This document shows, piece by piece, positions 1-9,761 of a stretch of DNA of 64,000 nt. Positions within the stretch are counted from its first letter, which is position 1. Every line of letters starts with the position of its first letter. The notes under the pieces were generated by a model. That model was not told the DNA's origin, searched no databases, and saw only the letters and a program-made list of their open reading frames with translations. This DNA is from Candidatus Sysuiplasma jiujiangense (GTDB lineage Archaea > Thermoplasmatota > Thermoplasmata > Sysuiplasmatales > Sysuiplasmataceae): contig JAHEAD010000002.1 of assembly GCA_019721075.1 (NCBI GenBank), positions 26,949 through 90,948 on the forward strand, in the 5' to 3' direction. The position numbers and the translations under genes were made by a program.

Positions 1-711
1 ATCTATAAATTCAAAGGAGATTCCAAGTTCCCTGGATATCTTTGAGGCGATATCCATCAACTTTCCCGTGACAAGACTGAAATAATCCGCTTCCAGCACA
101 TTCGAGCCGGTCATCATATGCATGCCGAACCTGCTTATGCCCGCAAGCTTGGCCTCCCTGTATGCGGCAAGTGCCTCCCTTTCCATCATGCCGAATTTTG
201 CCTCAGAACCAGCCGTTGTTATGCCCGCATACCTGCCCTTCCCTGTTCCGGGATTGATTCTGAATGAAATGAGTTCCGGCTTTCCGAAATTCATAAGCCG
301 CCGGAGCAGGGGCCCATCGTCAAGGTTTATGATGACACCAGAATCCAGAGCCGTTTGCAGTTCAGCATCTGAATTGTAATTGCCGCTGTACATTGTGCTT
401 TCCCTGCCGAAGCCAGCCAGCCCGGCGAAATATATCTCCGCGGGTGAGGCGCAGTCCGCGCCCGCGCCCTCCTCCTTTAAGACTTTCATTATGCTGAGAT
501 TGCTGTTTGCCTTGACGGCATAGTTGATCTTGAATTCCTTCTTCACCGTGTCAAATGCACTGTGCAGCCGCCTGTAATTTTCCCTTATCCTTGCCTCCGA
601 GGTTACATATACGGGTGTGCCAAACTCGCGGGTAATTTCGGCTGCACTAACCCCATCGATGAACAGCATTCCCTGCCTGTTGGTCAGATGGTGCTGAGGT
701 GGTGAAAACAT
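1..711 (-). CDS. lysA: Diaminopimelate decarboxylase-like PLP decarboxylase (fold-type III); only the N-terminal ~237 aa lie in the window, the gene runs off the window start
   Basis: Manual translation of the minus strand gives MFSPPQHHLTNRQGMLFIDGVSAAEITREFGTPVYVTSEARIRENYRRLHSAFD...INYAVKANSNLSIMKVLKEEGAGADCASPAEI...FRINPGTGKG...TTAGSEAKFG, the typical LysA/ornithine decarboxylase N-terminal barrel pattern (YAVKAN..., G.G.DC.S..E). ATG at 711..709. Not in the ORF track because no stop codon lies inside the window. Confidence 0.7.
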   Translation of the reverse strand, partial: MFSPPQHHLTNRQGMLFIDGVSAAEITREFGTPVYVTSEARIRENYRRLHSAFDTVKKEFKINYAVKANSNLSIMKVLKEEGAGADCASPAEIYFAGLAGFGRESTMYSGNYNSDAELQTALDSGVIINLDDGPLLRRLMNFGKPELISFRINPGTGKGRYAGITTAGSEAKFGMMEREALAAYREAKLAGISRFGMHMMTGSNVLEADYFSLVTGKLMDIASKISRELGISFEFID

Positions 712-823
712 ATACAGGCCGTCATATGACTCCAATGGTTAAAATGTTGCATTGTAATGCCCATTCAAACGATTGTAATCGGCCGGGCCGGTCCTGCTCG
801 TTCCAGTCCGGCAGCAAGAAATG

Positions 824-831
824 TTTATATT
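824..831 (+). promoter_or_regulatory. TATA box (tttatatt) with upstream A-rich BRE-like element, archaeal promoter of the L7Ae-S28e-L24e-ndk-infB operon
   Basis: AT-rich octamer ~75 nt upstream of the L7Ae ATG (908) in a GC-rich background; GAGGT Shine-Dalgarno-like motif at ~894. Confidence 0.45.
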
Positions 832-907
832 GAAGTAGATGTGTCGTTGAGTATTACAGGTGCCAATGAATGATGAAGATGCAGGGCATCGGAACGAGGT
901 AATAAAA

Positions 908-1279
908 ATGGCAAAGCCAATTTATGTAAGATTTGAGGTACCGGCCGAACTTTCTGAAAAGGTTTATCAGATCGTGGAACTGTCGAGAGAGGGCGGGAAG
1001 CTCAGGAAAGGGACGAATGAGGTGACAAAGGTCATCGAACGCGGCGAAACGAGCCTCATAGTGATGGCGGAAGACGTGGATCCGCCTGAAATACTCGCCC
1101 ATCTTCCCCTCCTGTGCGAAGAAAAGAATATTCCCTATGCCTATGTCCCCAAGAAGGCGGAACTCGGCACTGCAGCAGGTCTCGACAAGCCCACCGCTTC
1201 TGTCGCAATTGTGGATCCCGGAAAGGCAAAGCAGATGGTCGATGCGGTGACTGAAGAACTCAGGAAACTGAAGAAATAG
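908..1279 (+). CDS. rpl7ae: 50S ribosomal protein L7Ae (L30e/L7Ae/S12e family; also C/D and H/ACA sRNP component)
   Basis: [87 protein letters not shown] is a near-canonical archaeal L7Ae. The ORF track begins at 860, but the ATG at 908 with a GAGGT RBS fits better. Confidence 0.92.
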   Translation: MAKPIYVRFEVPAELSEKVYQIVELSREGGKLRKGTNEVTKVIERGETSLIVMAEDVDPPEILAHLPLLCEEKNIPYAYVPKKAELGTAAGLDKPTASVAIVDPGKAKQMVDAVTEELRKLKK

Positions 1280-1498
1280 GTGATTCTCTTGCCTGATGAC
1301 AGTATACCGGCTGAGATCGTCGAGATCATAGGAAGGACAGGAATGACCGGTGAAGCCACACAGGTCAAGGTCAGGGTCCTGGACGGAAAGGACAAGGGAA
1401 GGATCATCACACGGAATGTGATGGGACCGGTCAGGGTGGGAGACACGCTGATGCTCAGGGAAACTGCAAGAGAGGCAAGAAAACTTTCGATCAGGTGA
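1280..1498 (+). CDS. rps28e: 30S ribosomal protein S28e
   Basis: [59 protein letters not shown] matches the S28e signature; GTG start immediately after the L7Ae stop. Confidence 0.9.
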   Translation: MILLPDDSIPAEIVEIIGRTGMTGEATQVKVRVLDGKDKGRIITRNVMGPVRVGDTLMLRETAREARKLSIR

Positions 1499-1509
1499 GT
1501 GTGATTTAC

Positions 1510-1944
1510 ATGGTGGAGAGGCGAAGCTGCAATTTCTGCGGCAATAACATAGAACCCGGGACCGGAAGGATCTACATAAGAACTGACGGCACGGTGTTCT
1601 ACTTCGACAGGCACAAATGCTACACGAATTTTATAAAACTCAGGAGGATACCCAGGGAAACCAGATGGTCCGGTCTCAGCTCTACGGCGTCCAGGTGGAA
1701 GGACAAACCCGGAAAGCAGAAAAGAGCATCGCCGAAGAGGTTCGTACCGAAGGATCTTGCATCCAGGCTGAAAAAAGAGCATGAAAGGCTGCGGAAGGAA
1801 AGCGAACCGGGGGCAACAAAGGAAGAAACGCCGTCAAGTGACGGTAGGCAGCAGGAAGAAAAGGTGGAAGAGGCACACGATTCACCTGCAGCAGCCTCCA
1901 ATGAGACAGAAACGGAGAAGATCCCAGAACATCCGGAACAGTGA
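1510..1944 (+). CDS. rpl24e: 50S ribosomal protein L24e with a ~80-aa K/E/S-rich C-terminal extension
   Basis: MVERRSCNFCGNNIEPGTGRIYIRTDGTVFYFDRHKCYTNF is the TRASH/zinc-ribbon core of L24e (C-x2-C...C-x-C pattern). The ORF continues ~80 aa beyond the canonical ~65-aa archaeal length. A start at 1495 is also possible. Confidence 0.85.
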   Translation: MVERRSCNFCGNNIEPGTGRIYIRTDGTVFYFDRHKCYTNFIKLRRIPRETRWSGLSSTASRWKDKPGKQKRASPKRFVPKDLASRLKKEHERLRKESEPGATKEETPSSDGRQQEEKVEEAHDSPAAASNETETEKIPEHPEQ

Positions 1945-1950
1945 CCGTAC

Positions 1951-2403
1951 ATGAACGAAAGGACATTTGTGATGGTAAAACCCGACGGTTTGCAGCGCGC
2001 GCTTGTGGGCGAGGTAATTTCAAGGCTTGAGAAGAAGGGACTGAAGCCTGTAGCAATGAAAGTGTACAGGATACCCAGGGACATAGCCGAAAGGTTCTAC
2101 GGCGAACACAAAGGGAAACAGTTCTATGACGGTCTCATCAGTTACATCACGTCCGGCCCGGTGATATGCATGGTCTGGGAAGGGGAGGAGGCAGTTTCGG
2201 TCGTAAGAACGGCAATGGGCAAGACGAATCCTGCCGAAGCTCTCCCCGGAACCATCAGGGGGGATCTTGCACTGCATCCGGGAAGGAACGTCATTCACGG
2301 TTCTGATTCGCAGGCTTCCGCGAAACGTGAGATAAATCTCCTGTTCAACGACTATGAACTAATAGATTATAAGAGAATAGATGCTGAGTGGTTAGTAGAA
2401 TGA
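1951..2403 (+). CDS. ndk: Nucleoside diphosphate kinase
   Basis: [31 protein letters not shown]...GSDS (active-site His in NVIHGSDS) is the NDK family signature; conserved position between L24e and infB. Confidence 0.92.
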   Translation: MNERTFVMVKPDGLQRALVGEVISRLEKKGLKPVAMKVYRIPRDIAERFYGEHKGKQFYDGLISYITSGPVICMVWEGEEAVSVVRTAMGKTNPAEALPGTIRGDLALHPGRNVIHGSDSQASAKREINLLFNDYELIDYKRIDAEWLVE

Positions 2404-2406
2404 GGT

Positions 2407-4161
2407 TTGGCTATGCCTGTCAGACAGCCTATCGTGACTGTTATGGGTCACGTGGACCATGGAAAGACAACTATACTGGACAGCATTAGGGGGAGCTATA
2501 TTGCGGCAGGCGAGTCGGGCGGCATAACACAGGGAATCGGTGCAACGGAAGTTCCAATAGACAGAGTGGTAAAGTTATGCACAAAAATCATGGGTAATAC
2601 CAGATTTGTTATACCCGGCCTGCTCTTCATAGACACCCCGGGTCACCAAGCATTCGTTTCCATGCGCGCCAGAGGCAGTGCATTGTCCGATATAGCCGTG
2701 GTTGTAATCGACATTCGGGAAGGCGTCATGCCGCAGACAATTGAATCCATAAAGCTGCTCAGAACATACAAGACACCGTTTGTCATCGCTGCCAATAAAA
2801 TTGATCTCATAGAGGGGTGGAGAAGCGGCGGATTCGAACCTTTCGTCACGCTCCTTGCGCTCCAGCGGGAGGAAACGCTGGAGAAACTTGATGAGGCGTT
2901 ATACAGGATAGTCGGCGATCTTAGTTCCCTCGGTTTCTCTTCAGAGCGGTATGACAGGATCAAGGATTTCACAAAAAACATAGCCATTGTTCCCCTGAGC
3001 GCAAAGACAAAGGACGGGATACCCGACCTTCTTCTTGTGCTGACAGGTCTCGCACAGAAATACCTGGAGCAAAGACTAGATACGGAAGACGGACCTGCAG
3101 AGGGCACGATCATAGAGGTCAAAGAGGAGAAAGGATTCGGCGCAACAGCCGATACAATAATCTATTCTGGTACCCTCAGGATCGGAGACAGGGTTGCCAT
3201 TGGCGTCAGGAACGACATAAAGGTAACCAGAATCAGGGGGATTTTCAAGGCAAGGCCCCTTGGCGAGACGAAGGATCCAAAAGAGAGATTTGCCCCGTTC
3301 GATAGTGTTACCGCGGCCGCAGGCGTCAAACTGCTCCTGCAGGACATGGAGGGTGTTTCTGCAGGATCGTCACTGTTCGTTTACAGGAAAGATCCATCCG
3401 AAGTCAGCGAAAAGATCATGCGGGAAAATGAGGTAAACATTCTTTATGACGAAACAGGGATACTTGTCAAGACAGATGCGGTCGGATCCCTTGAGGCGCT
3501 TCTGCTGGAGGCAAAGGACAGGGGAATCAGGATTGAGAAGGGAGAGGTGGGACCGGTAACGAGAAGAGACATTGTTGACCGTGCATCCAAGAAAGAGGCC
3601 CTTGACAGGGCCATGCTTGCTTTCAATGTACCTGTCCTGCCTGAAGCGGCAGAGATTGTTCCGGGAAGCGATGTCAAGGTTATTTCCGGTGATGTGATTT
3701 ACAGCCTTCTGGACAATTTCCTGAAATGGAGTGATGAGAAAAGGAGGGAGGAACTTCTCAAAAGCAGGAAGGAAATGGTCTTTCCTGCCAAGATGCTCAT
3801 CATGCCAAACCATGTTTTCAGACTTAGCAAGCCTGCAATTGTTGGCGTCAGGATCCTGGCAGGGCAGATTTCACAGGGCATCAACCTCATCAGGAGCGAC
3901 GGAAGGGAGGTGGGCAGGCTTAAAAGCATAAGGGCCGGAGAACAGGCCAAGACCGTAGCAGGCGCAGGAGAGGAGGTGGCCATAGCCATCGAGGGGCCAA
4001 CGGTCGGAAGACAGATCTCCGAAGGAGATGTGCTTTACGCAGATCTGCCGGAAGCGGATGCAAGGAAGATCGTGAAAGTCGAGCTGACGCTTGATGAAAC
4101 ATCCGTTCTTGAAGAACTCAAGCAGATAAAGAGAAAAAGTGATCCGTTCTGGGGAAACTGA
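2407..4161 (+). CDS. infB: Translation initiation factor aIF5B (IF-2 homologue), GTPase
   Basis: PIVTVMGHVDHGKTTILD (G1), DTPGH (G3), NKID (G4), plus a C-terminal beta-barrel domain; 584 aa; canonical neighbour of ndk. Confidence 0.92.
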   Translation: MAMPVRQPIVTVMGHVDHGKTTILDSIRGSYIAAGESGGITQGIGATEVPIDRVVKLCTKIMGNTRFVIPGLLFIDTPGHQAFVSMRARGSALSDIAVVVIDIREGVMPQTIESIKLLRTYKTPFVIAANKIDLIEGWRSGGFEPFVTLLALQREETLEKLDEALYRIVGDLSSLGFSSERYDRIKDFTKNIAIVPLSAKTKDGIPDLLLVLTGLAQKYLEQRLDTEDGPAEGTIIEVKEEKGFGATADTIIYSGTLRIGDRVAIGVRNDIKVTRIRGIFKARPLGETKDPKERFAPFDSVTAAAGVKLLLQDMEGVSAGSSLFVYRKDPSEVSEKIMRENEVNILYDETGILVKTDAVGSLEALLLEAKDRGIRIEKGEVGPVTRRDIVDRASKKEALDRAMLAFNVPVLPEAAEIVPGSDVKVISGDVIYSLLDNFLKWSDEKRREELLKSRKEMVFPAKMLIMPNHVFRLSKPAIVGVRILAGQISQGINLIRSDGREVGRLKSIRAGEQAKTVAGAGEEVAIAIEGPTVGRQISEGDVLYADLPEADARKIVKVELTLDETSVLEELKQIKRKSDPFWGN

Positions 4162-4244
4162 GGCTCGGGGACCTGACTTGCCCGGCTGCAGACTGTACCA
4201 CACCGATTCGAAAAGTTAAAGAGATACGGCGCCCTAAACCATTT

Positions 4245-4619
4245 ATGCATCTGCCTTCCGAAATTGAAGCAATCGCCGTGATTCCAGCACTCAGGTCAAT
4301 GCTTGCGCGCGAACTGCTGCGCCAGGGAGGACTGAATCAGACGCAGGTTGCGTCGTTGCTTGGTGTTACGCAAGCAGCCGTAAGCAACTACATGTCTGGA
4401 AACAGGGGAAGGGAAATTGTCAATCTCAGCGATCCCAGGGTAATAACCCGTGTTTCGGGTATTGCAAATTCTCTTAGCGGAAATCCAGACAGCAGTGTTG
4501 CGGCAAGAGGTCTTTCGGATCTTACTGATTTCATAAGGCGCAACAGGCTGATGTGTGCCATCCACCATGACATCGACCCTGAAGTTGAGATCGACCTGTG
4601 CCACATTTGTGACGAATGA
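4245..4619 (+). CDS. Small HTH-domain protein (putative transcriptional regulator) with a C-terminal Cys/His cluster
   Basis: GLNQTQVASLLGVTQAAVSNYMSG is a clear helix-turn-helix; C-terminal CAIHHD...CHICDE is a possible metal site; 124 aa. Confidence 0.5.
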   Translation: MHLPSEIEAIAVIPALRSMLARELLRQGGLNQTQVASLLGVTQAAVSNYMSGNRGREIVNLSDPRVITRVSGIANSLSGNPDSSVAARGLSDLTDFIRRNRLMCAIHHDIDPEVEIDLCHICDE

Positions 4620-4658
4620 ACAGCGCTTCTGCACCATGGCCTGGTAGCTTAACTGCGA

Positions 4659-5357
4659 TTATCTGCTAACCCTGAGCATACCGACAACTCCGTGACAGTT
4701 GCTTGTAGTTGCGATGGCGATCATCATGTCAATGTTACTCAAAGATCGAATTTCATCGGCTAGTCTTCTGCAGGATTCTGCTATATGAGAGGAAGAAATG
4801 CTTCCCACACCCCAGGCATAGTGTGTCGTCTTGAATACAATGATCCTGTCTGCCGAATTCGACATTTTGTCAGGGACAATTGTTGAAAGATCCCAGGTTC
4901 GCTCTGACTTGATGGCCGGGCAGACCGATGGTTCTATGCATGAAAACGGACAGAGCCATGCCGCCGCGCTGATGAATCTCATGTCTCCGGACAGCTTTTC
5001 GAAAGGGAGGCCAAATTCTACCGTTACGGGAACCTGCTCGATATTGCTGATGCCCCTGCTCTTCAGGTAGGCGCCACAGAGATTGAAGAGCAGATGCGGC
5101 GCGATGTGGGCCGGAATCAGCTGATCCTCCCTGCCAACATCCGCGTGGAGAAAATAATCCGCAAGATATTCAGACCAGTCGGACTTGACTACTCTGACAC
5201 GACGATCCTCCCTGAATTCCAGCGATGACGGCGGAGCAACGTTCCTGTCTACAACGACTATGCTGCATTCAGGTATCTTACCCGCATCCATTGCCTTCAG
5301 GAGGCGCCGGGTTTGAAATATGCCGTAGCAGCCGCCTCCTATGACGGTGATCTGCAC
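4659..5357 (-). CDS. Rossmann-fold NAD(P)/FAD-binding protein of unknown function with a Cys-rich segment
   Basis: N-terminal MQITVIGGGCYG dinucleotide-binding motif; CPFSCIEPSVCP cysteine cluster; 232 aa; no confident family assignment by eye. Confidence 0.4.
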   Translation of the reverse strand: MQITVIGGGCYGIFQTRRLLKAMDAGKIPECSIVVVDRNVAPPSSLEFREDRRVRVVKSDWSEYLADYFLHADVGREDQLIPAHIAPHLLFNLCGAYLKSRGISNIEQVPVTVEFGLPFEKLSGDMRFISAAAWLCPFSCIEPSVCPAIKSERTWDLSTIVPDKMSNSADRIIVFKTTHYAWGVGSISSSHIAESCRRLADEIRSLSNIDMMIAIATTSNCHGVVGMLRVSR

Positions 5358-5441
5358 GATCTGTCATACCCCATACAGCTCTATATATCGTTATTCATTA
5401 TCTCACCAGCGGAGTAGCCGTAGACAAAGGGGCCGAACTTA

Positions 5442-6344
5442 ATGGAAAGGAAGGCACCAGTCCTGATCCGGATTGAGGCCGTGCTGCTGATTTTTGCGGC
5501 AATCGTTGTTTCATCGATTCTGATCAGCTCTCTGGGAAAAGGAAACAGGCTGTTTCAAATAACCGGGAGTCCTGCAACTCTGGGTCCCGACGCGGTCGCT
5601 TCCGCCGTCGTTCTACTGCTGGCTCTATTCATAGGCATCATCGTCTTTGACTTTATATGGATCCTGATGAAGGGAGGAAGCGGACTTGGTTTCATCGCCC
5701 CTGTCACGGGAGTCAGAAAGAGCCGCTTTATTCAGAACACGGTTATTGCTCTCCTCTTTCTCTTTGCACTCCTGGGCGCCTATCTGCTTTTTGCCGGGAA
5801 ACTCCATGACGTGCTGAGTTTCAACCGTACGGCTCCGACATCGTCAATCAACTCCACAGGTGCGCTGAATGGCATCCGGCTCAGCAACAATGCACTCGCA
5901 GGCTCAATTCAACCCGTGCTCGCAATCGGCATTGTTCTTGCCGCAGCTGTCGCATTCTTTGCGGTTGCCGCCATGATAGCCGAACGGCGCAGTGCCGTAC
6001 CTCAATCAGCAGACACGAAAGAGGAGCTGGCGGATATAATTGAGGGAAAGATCGCTGATCTGAAGACAGGATCCGATCCGAGAAACGCCATACTTGAGGT
6101 ATACAGACAAATGCACGAATTCCTTGCCGGGATGGGAGCAACCGACAGATCCTACTGGACAGCCAGGGAATTCGAAGAGAGAGCAAGGGATTTGCTTTCC
6201 ATCAGGGAACGCACGATTACAGATATTACATCGCTCTTTGAGGAGGCAAAGTACAGCAGGCATGAAATGGGCGAAAGGGAAAGAAGCATGGCGGTTGAAC
6301 TATTTGAAAGTCTGGTGACTGATATCAAGGCGGGGCGGGGGTGA
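5442..6344 (+). CDS. Polytopic membrane protein with C-terminal DUF4129-like domain (MoxR-operon associated)
   Basis: Four or more hydrophobic helices, then NAILEVYRQMHEFLAGMGATDRSYWTAREFEERARD, which resembles the DUF4129 consensus (..Y..L...G.....TP.E..); sits upstream of MoxR/DUF58 as in canonical operons. Confidence 0.55.
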   Translation: MERKAPVLIRIEAVLLIFAAIVVSSILISSLGKGNRLFQITGSPATLGPDAVASAVVLLLALFIGIIVFDFIWILMKGGSGLGFIAPVTGVRKSRFIQNTVIALLFLFALLGAYLLFAGKLHDVLSFNRTAPTSSINSTGALNGIRLSNNALAGSIQPVLAIGIVLAAAVAFFAVAAMIAERRSAVPQSADTKEELADIIEGKIADLKTGSDPRNAILEVYRQMHEFLAGMGATDRSYWTAREFEERARDLLSIRERTITDITSLFEEAKYSRHEMGERERSMAVELFESLVTDIKAGRG

Positions 6345-6910
6345 TGGATCTGGAGGAAGCACCTGAAACTACGTCTGCAGGACAAGAAGGGAAGGAAGTC
6401 AGCATCATAGTGATCCTTTCGATATCTATTATCCTGCTGTACCTCATATGGCATCTGTTTTTTCATTACGGCGGATTGCTGATCTTCGCTCTGGGGATAA
6501 TCGCAATCCTGTTAATGGAAATAGAGCTCGTTTCATGGGCATACAGAAAGAATTTGGGGACTGGAACGGGGGACGGGAAAGGCCTGAAAGTGTTTCCGGA
6601 TACAGAATACTCCCGGATCGTCAGACGTGCCGGTATGGCGCTTGAGGGAAAGGAATACAGCCGGGAACTCATATTGAAGGAACTGTGGTCAGTCATGATA
6701 GAAAGAGCGTCCATGAAGATGTCAACCGGCCAGTCCGACCTGAGGAGGCTGCTGGAAAGCAATGCCTGGAGTGAATTTGACGACACGGAAAAATCAGATA
6801 TCCTCAGAAAATACTATCTGATGAGCAAAAACGGTTTTGCCATGCAGATCGCTAGCCAGTCTTTCAAGCAGGACTTGCTCAGATTTTTTGACGACGTGGA
6901 AAATTACTGA
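6341..6910 (+). CDS. Hypothetical membrane protein (2 TM) in the MoxR operon
   Basis: Hydrophobic helices IIVILSISIILLYLIWHLFF / LLIFALGIIAILLMEI; 4-bp overlap with upstream and downstream genes. Confidence 0.5.
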   Translation: MMDLEEAPETTSAGQEGKEVSIIVILSISIILLYLIWHLFFHYGGLLIFALGIIAILLMEIELVSWAYRKNLGTGTGDGKGLKVFPDTEYSRIVRRAGMALEGKEYSRELILKELWSVMIERASMKMSTGQSDLRRLLESNAWSEFDDTEKSDILRKYYLMSKNGFAMQIASQSFKQDLLRFFDDVENY

Positions 6911-7872
6911 TGGTGGTTTTTTTGAATCCTGATGAAGTAAAAAAGATCGCAGACAGAATAATAGAAGAGGTAGAGAGTGCCATTGTCGGAAAAAGGGACA
7001 TACTGTTCAAGATGCTTTGTTCACTCTTCGCGGACGGGCATATTCTAATTGAGGATCTTCCCGGCCTGGCCAAGACGCTCATTGCGCGGAGTTTTTCCCA
7101 TGCACTCGGATGTGAATTCAAAAGAATACAGTTCACACCCGATCTTCTGCCGTCGGATGTCACAGGTTCGAATGTTCTCAACAGGGCAACCAACGAATTT
7201 CAGCTCAGAAAGGGACCGGTTTTCACAAACATACTGCTTGCAGATGAGATAAACAGGGCACCGCCGAAGACACAGGCCGCACTCCTTGAGGCGATGCAGG
7301 AAAGACAGGCGACGATCGAGGGGAGCACCTATGCCATACAGGAGCCTTTCATCGTGATAGCCACTCAGAACCCGATAGAGTATGAAGGAACATATCCGCT
7401 GCCTGAAGCACAACTCGACAGATTCACAATGAGAATTTCGGTCGGGTATCCCGAAAGATTGCATGAGACGGAAATACTGAGACGGAGGCGGCAGAGGAAG
7501 AAGGAACGGAATGACGTATCAGGGGTCATTGACAGAAGGCAGCTTCTTTCGATACAGGAGGCAACGGAGTCGGTATACGTGTCCGATGATCTCCAGAACT
7601 ACATAGTTGACATAGTCCGTTCAACACGGAGGCATCCTTCGGTGGAAATAGGTTCTTCTCCGCGAGGTGCCCTGTCTCTGATGCGGCTGGGAATGGCATG
7701 CGCCTGCATGAACGGAAGAGATTTCGTAACACCGGACGACGTAAAACTTTTTGCTGTTGAGGCGCTTTCACACAGACTGATACTGAAACCGGATCCCTGG
7801 TTGCGGGGGTTAAAACCTGAGACCATTATTCTCGAGACCATCGAAAAAACAGCTGTGCCGAAGGTGAACTGA
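6910..7872 (+). CDS. MoxR-family AAA+ ATPase
   Basis: Walker A LIEDLPGLAKT, Walker B ILLADEINRAPP, sensor/arginine region TQNPIEYEGTYPLPEAQLDRF; 320 aa typical of MoxR. Confidence 0.88.
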   Translation: MVVFLNPDEVKKIADRIIEEVESAIVGKRDILFKMLCSLFADGHILIEDLPGLAKTLIARSFSHALGCEFKRIQFTPDLLPSDVTGSNVLNRATNEFQLRKGPVFTNILLADEINRAPPKTQAALLEAMQERQATIEGSTYAIQEPFIVIATQNPIEYEGTYPLPEAQLDRFTMRISVGYPERLHETEILRRRRQRKKERNDVSGVIDRRQLLSIQEATESVYVSDDLQNYIVDIVRSTRRHPSVEIGSSPRGALSLMRLGMACACMNGRDFVTPDDVKLFAVEALSHRLILKPDPWLRGLKPETIILETIEKTAVPKVN

Positions 7873-7980
7873 AACACGGAAAGAAATCTGACTGTATTCG
7901 CTGTTTTCGACTCGCTCCTGCTTGTTGGTGCACTGCTCACGGGTAATGCCGCGTACATTGCGCTGTTTGCATCGACAACT

Positions 7981-9123
7981 GTGCTTATGACGGTATCCCT
8001 GTTTATTCTTCCTTCTTCCGGAAATATCACTGCGAAATACGAAATCCCGTCCGAACGTCACTATACCGGCGACGTACTGAAACTGAGATATCATCTGAGC
8101 TGCAGCAGCAGGCTTGTCTTCCGCCTCAGCATAGACCAGAAGATGCCTCAGGGAATAGGCATCAGGCATTTTCACCATGAATGCTACCTGCGCATGGAGA
8201 AGGACATCGACTTCGAATTTGCGTTGAACCAGGGCGGCGTATTCACTTTCTGTCCGCCTTCATTCACCATTTCAGACATACTTGGAATGAGGAGTCTGAC
8301 AGGCAGTTTTGGAAGCGACATGGAAATTGAAGTTGTGAACAGGATTGACAGGATCGATGCTTCCATGATAAAACCGCTGAAGTATAAACAGGTGTCCGGG
8401 AATATCGTTTCGGGAGCCAGGGGAGAAGGGTACGAATTCCATTCCATCAGCCGATATACAGAGGGACAGAGTACCAGAAGGATCAACTGGAAAACCACTG
8501 CCAGGACTGATGAACTGTGGATGAATGAGTTCCTGAGTGAGAGAAGCGGCTCGGTTGTGGTCCTGCTCGATACAAGGCTCATGCTTTCTGATATGGCCAT
8601 TACAAGGGCATTCATGAACAGGGCCGTTGTGGCTGCCACCTCGCTGATTTACCACTCATTAATGGAGAGAAATGCCGTTGGACTGGTTGTCATAGGGGAC
8701 CGTTTGACTTCAATAAAGGCGGGGTACGGCAGGAGACAGTTTGATCGCATAACAAGGGCGCTCATGCTTTTGAACACACCTGTCACCAGCTATCCTCTGC
8801 TGATTGATCGGACAGCTTCCAGGTACGTACACCCGTCCGCCCAGCTCATTGTGGTCAGCCCTGTCTTTGACAGGGAATCGGTTGAGTCCCTTGCCGAGCT
8901 GGCAGTTTCCCACAGAGACCTGCTTCTCGTCGTACCTATGACCTTCAGAAGGACTGCCGCGGATACTCCGGAAAACATCACGATGGAATTGCTGAGGCTG
9001 CATCAGCAGAATAATGCCATGGCCGCATCCAGGTTCTGCAGGACCGTAGTCTGGGAATATGGCGAAAATCTGGGAGACATTTCCTTTTCCGGTTCGGCAT
9101 TTACAAGGAGGCGGGGAGGGTGA
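7981..9123 (+). CDS. DUF58 family protein (vWA-like domain, MoxR partner)
   Basis: Canonical position after MoxR; SVVVLLDTRLMLSD and AVGLVVIGDR form a vWA-like core. The in-frame upstream stretch 7873-7980 encodes a hydrophobic helix with no ATG/GTG, so the true start may be a rare start codon. Confidence 0.6.
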   Translation: MLMTVSLFILPSSGNITAKYEIPSERHYTGDVLKLRYHLSCSSRLVFRLSIDQKMPQGIGIRHFHHECYLRMEKDIDFEFALNQGGVFTFCPPSFTISDILGMRSLTGSFGSDMEIEVVNRIDRIDASMIKPLKYKQVSGNIVSGARGEGYEFHSISRYTEGQSTRRINWKTTARTDELWMNEFLSERSGSVVVLLDTRLMLSDMAITRAFMNRAVVAATSLIYHSLMERNAVGLVVIGDRLTSIKAGYGRRQFDRITRALMLLNTPVTSYPLLIDRTASRYVHPSAQLIVVSPVFDRESVESLAELAVSHRDLLLVVPMTFRRTAADTPENITMELLRLHQQNNAMAASRFCRTVVWEYGENLGDISFSGSAFTRRRGG

Positions 9124-9632
9124 ACATGGACAAAGCTGCAGCGCTGGCAACGGTTGCAGCCTTCGCGATCCCGGGGCTCGTGATGGCATCACTGGTTTCG
9201 GGATGGTACATTGCCATATTTGCAGCAGTCGCGGCCGCCACTTCCATGTTAAGGTTACACAGGCACAGAAGCGCCGCCACTGTTCTGGGCTTTTCTGCTC
9301 TGCTGGTGTTCATTGGCTTAAGGCCCGGAAACCTGATGACAGAAATTGTCGGCGCCTTCCTCGTGCTGGTCATCGCTTCACTGGACAATTTGCCTGAAAA
9401 GGAGAATTCCGTTGGCAGCAGCATGCAGAATCGCGGAGGCGCTGAGCGGTTTTTCCTTTTTCAGCTGACCGGGTTGTTTATTGTCTCGACTGCGGTGGCA
9501 ATGGCTTCTGAAATTCTGTCATTTCAGATTGGTGTCAGCATAGACACCCTACTGCTCGTCGTACCGGTAGTTGGTTTCGCGATGCTCCTGATTATTTTTG
9601 CGGCAGAGGGCATCAGGAGAGAAAGCGGCTGA
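9120..9632 (+). CDS. Hypothetical 4-TM membrane protein
   Basis: 170 aa, almost entirely hydrophobic helices; start overlaps the stop of the DUF58 gene. Confidence 0.45.
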   Translation: MNMDKAAALATVAAFAIPGLVMASLVSGWYIAIFAAVAAATSMLRLHRHRSAATVLGFSALLVFIGLRPGNLMTEIVGAFLVLVIASLDNLPEKENSVGSSMQNRGGAERFFLFQLTGLFIVSTAVAMASEILSFQIGVSIDTLLLVVPVVGFAMLLIIFAAEGIRRESG

Positions 9633-9761
9633 AGCCTTCCACCGACCGCAAACTGTCCCTCAGACCGCAAATCAAAATACCGACAATTTAATTAATAAAA
9701 TGGCATAGAGTCAGACGAAAACAATGTTAAATGGGCGTTTGAACTGCCCGGAGGAGAGGCG

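Noticed and set aside
122-379. 85-aa plus-strand ORF at the window start
   Set aside because: Antisense to the lysA coding region, Ala/Ser/Pro-rich low complexity, no start context.
2825-2835. ggattcgaacc (reverse complement of the tRNA T-loop consensus GGTTCGAATCC)
   Set aside because: Lies inside the infB reading frame (codes GGFEPF). No acceptor or anticodon stems can be built around it, so it is not a tRNA.
9633-9761. Direct repeat gaccgcaaa(c/t) x2 and AT-rich box upstream of MoxR2
   Set aside because: Too short (9 bp, two copies) to distinguish from chance. Likely just the internal promoter for the second MoxR module.
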